A stretch of 64,000 nt of DNA from Deltaproteobacteria bacterium. GTDB taxonomy: Bacteria; Desulfobacterota; Desulfobulbia; Desulfobulbales; VMSU01. Under the pieces are notes generated by a model. The model did not search any database. It had not been told where the DNA came from and saw only the letters and a list, made by a program, of their open reading frames with translations. The DNA lies in the NCBI GenBank assembly GCA_024275235.1, contig JAJRZN010000012.1:5279-69278 (forward strand), written 5' to 3'. Positions 58,077-64,000 of this stretch are shown piece after piece. Made by a program: the position numbers and the translations under genes. Numbering within the stretch: the first letter of the stretch is position 1; each line of letters starts with the position of its first letter.

Positions 58077-59849
58077 TTAATCAGCAATCCCCGCAGAGGC
58101 CTTTTCCACATCCCTTGCCATCCGCCGTTTAAAGTCCACCAGCCATTCGGCCATTTTATCATCGCTGAGCGCCATCATCTCGGCAGCGAGAACAGCCGCG
58201 TTTTTGGCTCCGGCCGGGCCGACCGCCATGGTAGCCACCGGCACCCCCGGCGGCATCTGAACGGTGGAGAGCAGAGAGTCAAAGCCCTGCAAAGACGAGG
58301 AAGCCACCGGGACCCCGATAACCGGCAGGATGGTATGAGCGGCCAGCACCCCGGCAAGATGAGCGGCCATACCGGCCCCGGCAATGAGTACCCGCAAGCC
58401 CCGCCCCTTTGCCTCTCTGGCGTAATCTGCCGCCCGCTCCGGACTGCGGTGAGCCGAGGCAATAATAGTCTCATGGGCAATACCCATCTCCCGCAAAAGG
58501 GCGGTACAGCCCTTAAAAACCGGCAAATCAGAGGCGCTGCCCAGGACAATCCCCACCTGTATGGTGCCTTCCCCAGGCAGACGGTTCAGGGCCTTACGAC
58601 CAATATCGGTACGATAAAAGCAGCCCGGCCAATTTATTTTTTTGACCGCTTCATAGGCGGCATCAACCGCCGCTCGCAGATCTGCCGCCCGGGCAGTAAC
58701 CCCAAGCACCCGGCCGCCGGAGGTCACAACCTCACCCCCGGTACTTAGAGAAGTACCGGCATGAAAGACCATCAAATCATCGCCAAAATCCTGATCCAGA
58801 CCAGTAATCACCCGCCCCTTCTCATAGCTGCCGGGGTAACCGTCGGCGGCCATTACCACACAGACGGCAGGCCTGGAGTCAATTTCCAGGTGAACAGCGG
58901 CAAGATTCTCATCAATGACCCCCTCCATGAGTTCCACCAGATCCGTCTTGAGCCGCATAAGCAGAGGTTGAGTTTCAGGATCACCAAAACGGCAGTTAAA
59001 TTCCAGCACCCGGGCCCGGCCATCCTTAATCATCAAACCGGCATAGAGAATGCCCTTATACGGCCGCCCCTCAGCGGCCATGGCCCGCACGGTGGGATAC
59101 ATAATCTCAGCCATGACCTGACGCTCCAGCTCTGCCGTTAATACCGGGGCCGGAGAATAGGCCCCCATGCCGCCGGTATTAGGGCCTTTATCACCATCAA
59201 ACACCGCTTTGTGATCCTGCGCCGAGGGCAGCGGTAAAATTGTCCGACCATCGGTAAAGGCCAGAAAAGAGGCCTCCTCACCTGCCAGGAATTCCTCAAC
59301 AATCACCCTGCTCCCCGCCTTGCCAAAGGCCTGATCGGCAAGCATTAAATCCACCGCGGCCACAGCCTCATCAACATTATTGGCAACAATAACCCCCTTA
59401 CCAGCCGCCAGGCCGTCGGCCTTGACCACAATGGGCGCCCCCTTCTCCCGGATAAAGGCCGCCGCCTCATCACGCCTGGTAAAGGCCTGATAAAAACCGG
59501 AGGGAATATTATATTTGGCCAGCAGATCCTTCATAAAGACTTTACTGCCTTCCAAAACAGCCGCCGCCTTCGTGGGGCCAAAGGCCTTCAAACCCTTAGA
59601 TTCAAAAAAATCAACAATCCCCAGGGTCAAAGGCTCCTCAGGGCCGACAAAGGTGAGCTCAACCCCATTATTTAAGGCAAAATCGGCCAACTTTTCCACC
59701 TCGTTAACTCCAATATCAAGGCATTGAGCCATATCTGCTATACCGGCATTGCCAGGGGCGCAAAAAATTTCAGTAACCCTAAGACTCTGTTTCAACTTCC
59801 AGACCAGGGCATGTTCCCGGCCGCCGGCACCAATCACTAATATTTTCAT
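58077..59849 (-). CDS. purD: fusion protein: phosphoribosylamine-glycine ligase (PurD) plus N5-CAIR mutase-like PurE domain
   Basis: The N-terminal part of about 425 aa (MKILVIGAGGREHALVWKL...) is PurD. The C-terminal part of about 160 aa (IQVGIVLGSASDLPVF...IASAHRSPER...GVIAGAGMAAHLAGV...PVIGVP) is PurE. They form a single uninterrupted ORF in the supplied track. Confidence 0.85.
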   Translation of the reverse strand: MKILVIGAGGREHALVWKLKQSLRVTEIFCAPGNAGIADMAQCLDIGVNEVEKLADFALNNGVELTFVGPEEPLTLGIVDFFESKGLKAFGPTKAAAVLEGSKVFMKDLLAKYNIPSGFYQAFTRRDEAAAFIREKGAPIVVKADGLAAGKGVIVANNVDEAVAAVDLMLADQAFGKAGSRVIVEEFLAGEEASFLAFTDGRTILPLPSAQDHKAVFDGDKGPNTGGMGAYSPAPVLTAELERQVMAEIMYPTVRAMAAEGRPYKGILYAGLMIKDGRARVLEFNCRFGDPETQPLLMRLKTDLVELMEGVIDENLAAVHLEIDSRPAVCVVMAADGYPGSYEKGRVITGLDQDFGDDLMVFHAGTSLSTGGEVVTSGGRVLGVTARAADLRAAVDAAYEAVKKINWPGCFYRTDIGRKALNRLPGEGTIQVGIVLGSASDLPVFKGCTALLREMGIAHETIIASAHRSPERAADYAREAKGRGLRVLIAGAGMAAHLAGVLAAHTILPVIGVPVASSSLQGFDSLLSTVQMPPGVPVATMAVGPAGAKNAAVLAAEMMALSDDKMAEWLVDFKRRMARDVEKASAGIAD

Positions 59850-59937
59850 ATCATTCCTCACAAACTAATTTAATTCGAGAAGTCCTAAATGGGCAAAGAT
59901 GGGGTGCTGCTGAACAGTTACATTTTTCTTTTATTAC

Positions 59938-59966
59938 TTGACAGCCTCACCAGCCATACATATCAT
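59938..59966 (+). promoter_or_regulatory. sigma70-like promoter of the TetR-family gene
   Basis: TTGACA (59938-59943), 17 nt, then TATCAT (59961-59966), 55 nt upstream of the GTG start. Confidence 0.45.
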
Positions 59967-59970
59967 TAGA

Positions 59971-59988
59971 AATGAATTTCTATTCATT
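59971..59988. promoter_or_regulatory. candidate TetR operator (inverted repeat AATGAAT-N4-ATTCATT)
   Basis: Perfect 7-bp arms lie immediately downstream of the predicted -10 element. Confidence 0.4.
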
Positions 59989-60020
59989 CTATTCTTTTAC
60001 TCCCATCAGGTCATACATAC

Positions 60021-60608
60021 GTGAAAAAGGCAGACAAACATCAAAAAATTCTTGTGGCAGCCACCAAGGTTTTCGGCAGTAAAGGATTCTTCAGCGCCAG
60101 AATATCCGACATCGCCAAGGAAGCCAAGGTTGCAGATGGCACCATATATCTATATTTCCACAACAAATATGATATATTACTTACTCTTTTTGAAGAAGAA
60201 ATAGCCAAGTTAATCGTTGACATAAAGGCGGCCCTGGCTCAGGAAGAAGATCCGCGGCGCAAGTTATATATCTTCGCTCTCCATCACCTGAAACTGGTGA
60301 TAGAAAAAAAGGAGCTGGCCGAGGTACTCCAGATGGAACTCCGTCAGAGTTCAGATTCCGTGAAGGAATACCGGATCACCAAGTTCGTCGATTATGTGAA
60401 TATAATTTCAGGTATTATTCACCAGGGCCAGAAATCCGGAATTTTCCGGCCGGAATTAAAGCCTGGGATTATCAAACGGGCCTTCTTTGGTGCCCTGGAC
60501 GAAATGTCCAGATTATGGATATTAAACTCCGATCACTCATATACCATTGATGATACCGCCGATGAAATAAGCTCTATTTTCTTAAACGGCATCAGCCTGC
60601 CGGCATAG
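60021..60608 (+). CDS. TetR/AcrR family transcriptional regulator
   Basis: It has an N-terminal HTH (ILVAATKVFGSKGFFSARISDIAKEAKVADGTIYLYF). Confidence 0.88.
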   Translation: MKKADKHQKILVAATKVFGSKGFFSARISDIAKEAKVADGTIYLYFHNKYDILLTLFEEEIAKLIVDIKAALAQEEDPRRKLYIFALHHLKLVIEKKELAEVLQMELRQSSDSVKEYRITKFVDYVNIISGIIHQGQKSGIFRPELKPGIIKRAFFGALDEMSRLWILNSDHSYTIDDTADEISSIFLNGISLPA

Positions 60609-60625
60609 AAGCCCGTAAAGAACCA

Positions 60626-61111
60626 TCAAGGCTCCGTTGCCGGAGATATCTCCATAATTTCAAACTGCCTGACCCCGCCGGGCGTCTTCACCGTAACCTC
60701 ATCACCGACCTCCTTCGTCAATAAACCTTGACCAAGGGGAGAAAGAACGGAGATGCTGCCGTTCTTCACATCCGCCTCTTCCGGCCCCAGCAGACAATAG
60801 GTTATTTCTTCATCAGTATCCAGATCTACCATCTCAACTACCGTACCAAAAACCACCCGCTGACATTTTACGTTTGTGCAATCAATAATCTCGGCCCGGC
60901 CCAGCTTATTCTTCAGTTCCATGATCCGGCCTTCAATATGACCCTGCCGTTCCTTGGCAGCATGATATTCGGCATTTTCTTTCAGATCACCATGGGCCCT
61001 GGCCTCCTCAATGGCGCTGATAACCTCAATACGTTCCTTACTCTCCAAACGATGCAGTTCCTCTCGCAGCCTGGCGTGACCAGTCTTTGACATCGGCACT
61101 CTCGTAACCAT
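60626..61111 (-). CDS. greA: transcription elongation factor GreA
   Basis: From Met 61111 it reads VPMSKTGHARLREELHRLES...AIEEARAHGDLKENAEYHAAKE..., then a C-terminal FKBP-like domain. Confidence 0.92.
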   Translation of the reverse strand: MVTRVPMSKTGHARLREELHRLESKERIEVISAIEEARAHGDLKENAEYHAAKERQGHIEGRIMELKNKLGRAEIIDCTNVKCQRVVFGTVVEMVDLDTDEEITYCLLGPEEADVKNGSISVLSPLGQGLLTKEVGDEVTVKTPGGVRQFEIMEISPATEP

Positions 61112-61308
61112 TATATTCCCCGCCTGTATATTCTGGACTCTGCCAGTATTTATTGTGTTATAAAACAAAACAAGCCATGCGCGGCCGGCTGCTGCGCTGG
61201 TCGTCATGGCTCCTGTCAACTGCTTTAAATAATGATTCTTAGCTACTCTAAGTCATGTTTATCATCTTTTTTTTCAAGCCGAACCGGCTTGTGGCTATCC
61301 GGGGACGC

Positions 61309-61422
61309 TCAATCACAGCCGACGCCCATTTTAGGCGCCACCCACTTTTGCAGTCCCAGAATAACCGCAAAAACAGCGACAATCGTCAATAATAACTTGA
61401 GCACATCCTGCCATCCATTCAT
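61309..61422 (-). CDS. possible 37-aa small membrane protein (below the ORF-track size cutoff)
   Basis: MNGWQDVLKLLLTIVAVFAVILGLQKWVAPKMGVGCD has one hydrophobic helix, with GAGGA about 9 nt upstream of the ATG. Confidence 0.3.
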   Translation of the reverse strand: MNGWQDVLKLLLTIVAVFAVILGLQKWVAPKMGVGCD

Positions 61423-61537
61423 CAGCCCGAGTCCTCTATTTTAGAAAAAAGTATATCAGATGGTAACTACTGTCCACCACCTGCTCTATTTTCTTCCCCG
61501 ATATTATACCAAAAATCCGTCGATTTTAAACCAATTT

Positions 61538-63991
61538 CTACCAACGGTAAGAAATTGACAGCCCCAGTTCTTTTTTACGATAAAAGCTGGAAGAGAACCA
61601 TTCCCCTCCGGCCCGCAGAGCAAAATCATTATTAAGCTCAAAAAAGGCACCGCCGATAAAATGTTGAAAGGCATAACCATCGGCATCGTGACCGACATAG
61701 TACTCCATTGTATAATATTTAGAAAGCCCGCGCCCCAGATTATCATGAGAAAGCAGCTGTTTAAAATACACCCCGACCTCATTGAGCCAATAATTTTTTG
61801 GCGACCAGTAAGGATGCCGGGCATAATCCATCAATCCTCCCGCACTTAAGGCCGGATCATTACCAACCCGGGAATCGACAAAGGAATAGCGATAACGGGC
61901 CTGGAGGAAATAGGGCTCACTGTGAAGCAATAATGACGACCAGAGGTCATAACCGTTACTCCAGTTATCGTCGGAATAACGACTATGGGCATAACCTCCC
62001 CCCAAAGCAAGACGAGACAGCGGTTCAAAGGTTAGACTCCCCTTAAACTGCCGGCGGGATATTCCCTGCCGGACACTGCTCAGCGTATCTGATACCACAT
62101 CCTGCCCAAAAGACAAATCAGCGGTTAACTTATCACCAGCCTTAGCTTTAACCTTTAAATAAAACAGAGAGGTATTTCCCCTGTCACCCCCCCGGCCGCT
62201 GTTACTCTCCAGACCACCTCCCAGATCGAGCCCAATGCCCTTTAAGACCTTCCCCTGCCAGGCGGCAAATATCCTGTTGGCACGACTCGCGCCATCGGCA
62301 TTAACCCCATGATAATTGCGGCGCTGCAGGTCAAGACGCCATTGCCGGCCGGGGCCGCTGGGCAGCTTAAAGGCAAGCTCAGGAGCCATCATCCTTATAT
62401 CTTTAAAGCCGTTACGTCCCTCTTCCTCAATATAATTAAGTTTAGACAGAACCTGAGGGCGCAGCTTCAACTTATTACGCCGCCGGTCGGGCTTAAGCTG
62501 CGCGAAACGAATGCCGTCAGCAGATAAGCGGTCGTAAATTGCCGCCTCATCACCAAGCCTTTCAAGACGGCTGTAGACCCCGGCCAAATCAAAGAGCAGG
62601 GATTTATCGGCCGGGTATTGTCTCGTCAAGGACTTATACCTCTTCGCGGCGGTGAAATAGGCCCGGCCACGCACCGTACGCCGCACGAGATACTCAGCCG
62701 AGTACTCCTGCTGCCAGCGGTAGCGGGCATAAAGACGGGCCACGCTCAGCTGCCAGCGGCGGAACTTAATCGATTTACCAGGAGGCGCGGGGGTCATGAG
62801 AATATCGGCCAGCGGGCTCTCGTTCACCGGCGCCAGCGAAATCCGGCGCCAGAGGGACTCCTGACGCTTCGGTTCAGGCAGGATAATATCCCTTTTCCCT
62901 GCCATAGCCATCAGAGTAACGTCCACCCCGGGCCGCAGAAACTGCTGATATATCCGCATAGCGGCCGGCCATTTATCAGCCTGCCATAATATCCGGGCTC
63001 GAAGCAGAAGAATTTGCGGATCATACCCCGCCTTGACCGCCGCCCGGCAAATTTTAAGGGCCTTAGTTGGATCACCGCTGTAAAAAGCGGCCCTGACAGC
63101 CTGAGCCGACATCAACAAATCGTGGGGACGGCTGGCGGCCAGGGCCTCCCAGGCCACGGCTCCGGCTCTGTACCTCTGTTCCTTGATTAAAGCCCAGGCC
63201 GAGATGACCTTTACCGTTAAAGAATTCGGCTCCCGGGTCTCGACATCGTCCGCGCTCAAAGAAGCAAGAGCGGGCTGATCATACTGTCGGGCCAAACGGG
63301 CATAGACCAGGGCCTCAGCGACTGGCAGCCGACGGATCTTCCTGATAAGAGCCGAGAGAGTTAAACGCCCCAGGCTCAACAAAATGACCCTGGCCCGGGG
63401 ATTCATCTGCTCACGGGCCAAAACGGCCTTACACAGATCTGCCGCCCTTCCCGGAGCCGGCCGAAGCCAGAAATCGGCCAGAGCCAGCTGCCTGCTTATC
63501 CAGCGCCGGTTTATATTCTCTCCCGCGGCCCCGTCATCCTCCAGTTCGTCTTCCAGTCTCAGGGCCAGATACCGGGCCTGCTTCTCTTCCCCGCCCGCCA
63601 GCAGGAGACGAGCCTTGAGCAGAGTAAAATCCCAGGGGGCAATCCCCTTTCTCTCATGGGCCAGGGTCAGCCAGCGCCCTGCCTCATGCAGGCGGCCCTC
63701 CAGCAGAGCCAGATCAAAGAGACGGGGAATCAAAAGATCTCCATCTCCGCTGACAATCAGCCCCACCCGCAGGGCCTGACCAGCCTCATACAAACGTTCG
63801 TCACGCCGCAAAACCGCTGCCAGCCCCAGGGCGGCCCTGGCGCTCAGCCTTGCCCTGGCCGCGGTCATTTGGGGCCAGTCTTTATTATTGGCCGTTTCAT
63901 TGATTATACGTTTATAGGAGTCTATGGCCTCCTGCCAGGCCTCACAATTGGCAAAGGCCTCAGCAATATCAAGCAGCAGCGGCTCAGACAT
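61538..63991 (-). CDS. TPR-repeat outer-membrane beta-barrel protein (PgaA/BcsC-like architecture)
   Basis: The N-terminal half is TPR-like helical repeats. The C-terminal part of about 300 aa has alternating-hydrophobic beta-strand character and ends ...LGLSISYRW (aromatic terminus typical of OMPs). The start lies 9 nt from the window end. Confidence 0.6.
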   Translation of the reverse strand: MSEPLLLDIAEAFANCEAWQEAIDSYKRIINETANNKDWPQMTAARARLSARAALGLAAVLRRDERLYEAGQALRVGLIVSGDGDLLIPRLFDLALLEGRLHEAGRWLTLAHERKGIAPWDFTLLKARLLLAGGEEKQARYLALRLEDELEDDGAAGENINRRWISRQLALADFWLRPAPGRAADLCKAVLAREQMNPRARVILLSLGRLTLSALIRKIRRLPVAEALVYARLARQYDQPALASLSADDVETREPNSLTVKVISAWALIKEQRYRAGAVAWEALAASRPHDLLMSAQAVRAAFYSGDPTKALKICRAAVKAGYDPQILLLRARILWQADKWPAAMRIYQQFLRPGVDVTLMAMAGKRDIILPEPKRQESLWRRISLAPVNESPLADILMTPAPPGKSIKFRRWQLSVARLYARYRWQQEYSAEYLVRRTVRGRAYFTAAKRYKSLTRQYPADKSLLFDLAGVYSRLERLGDEAAIYDRLSADGIRFAQLKPDRRRNKLKLRPQVLSKLNYIEEEGRNGFKDIRMMAPELAFKLPSGPGRQWRLDLQRRNYHGVNADGASRANRIFAAWQGKVLKGIGLDLGGGLESNSGRGGDRGNTSLFYLKVKAKAGDKLTADLSFGQDVVSDTLSSVRQGISRRQFKGSLTFEPLSRLALGGGYAHSRYSDDNWSNGYDLWSSLLLHSEPYFLQARYRYSFVDSRVGNDPALSAGGLMDYARHPYWSPKNYWLNEVGVYFKQLLSHDNLGRGLSKYYTMEYYVGHDADGYAFQHFIGGAFFELNNDFALRAGGEWFSSSFYRKKELGLSISYRW

Positions 63992-64000
63992 GGGGCGCTT

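Noticed and set aside
57981-58748. A 255-aa plus-strand ORF overlaps tsaC and purD-purE.
   Set aside because: It is an antisense shadow ORF with Arg/Gly/Pro-rich low-complexity sequence.
59811-59862. My manual base counting near 59820 suggested one extra G that would frameshift the purD N-terminus.
   Set aside because: The supplied ORF track, computed from the same sequence, shows one continuous 594-aa ORF with a normal PurD N-terminus. I attribute the discrepancy to my own counting error.
61232-61444. A 70-aa plus-strand ORF lies between greA and the TPR/OMP gene. There is also a perfect hairpin CAAGCCG-AAC-CGGCTTG at 61275-61291.
   Set aside because: The ORF has no RBS and Ser/Leu-rich low-complexity sequence; the opposite-strand 37-aa membrane ORF is more plausible. 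The hairpin has its T-run on the wrong side to be an intrinsic terminator on either strand.

Overview
This 64-kb window looks like chromosome from a Desulfobacterota-like (deltaproteobacterial) organism; that taxonomic guess is an inference from gene content only. It has three parts.

(1) 1-11.9 kb is core DNA. It holds the 3' part of a radical SAM gene, a minus-strand recC-recB-recD operon in which recD carries an in-frame TAG exactly at the Walker-B glutamate, an alpha/beta hydrolase and a histidine phosphatase.

(2) About 11.9-30.7 kb is an accessory island that ends at the 3' end of tRNA-Ala(GGC).
- It contains a type I-C CRISPR-Cas locus (cas3-cas5-cas8c-cas7 ... cas4-cas1-cas2, all minus strand) with 33 identical 33-nt repeats.
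- The locus is unusual in several independent ways. The effector module is much more AT-rich than the adaptation module. Three tightly packed genes (Fic, Bro-N, RhuM/Doc-like) sit between cas7 and cas4. cas7 has an in-frame TGA.
- The array trailer is a patchwork of degenerate I-C repeats and I-E-like repeats that bracket a free-standing nuclease-toxin-like gene.
- The island also holds a frameshifted nucleotidyltransferase, a second Bro-N gene flanked by 63-bp direct repeats, a WYL regulator and an internally deleted SWIM/SNF2 helicase relic.

(3) 30.7-64 kb is core DNA again.
- Cell shape and envelope: mreBCD-mrdA-rodA, an FG-GAP repeat protein, an L,D-transpeptidase/coiled-coil protein and a TPR/beta-barrel outer-membrane protein.
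- Redox: an 885-aa cytochrome with 25 CxxCH motifs plus one CxxxxCH, and a DsbA-like oxidoreductase whose CxxC cysteine is replaced by TGA with a SECIS-like hairpin downstream (candidate selenoprotein).
- Signalling and regulation: a PAS histidine kinase, a Crp/Fnr regulator, an HD-GYP-like protein and a TetR regulator.
- Other housekeeping: mutM, a rSAM/selenodomain-associated transferase pair, cvpA, a PPTase, tRNA-Ser(UGA), a polyprenyl synthase, yibQ, tsaC, a purD-purE fusion and greA.

All calls come from reading the translations and the sequence by eye. No database search was run.
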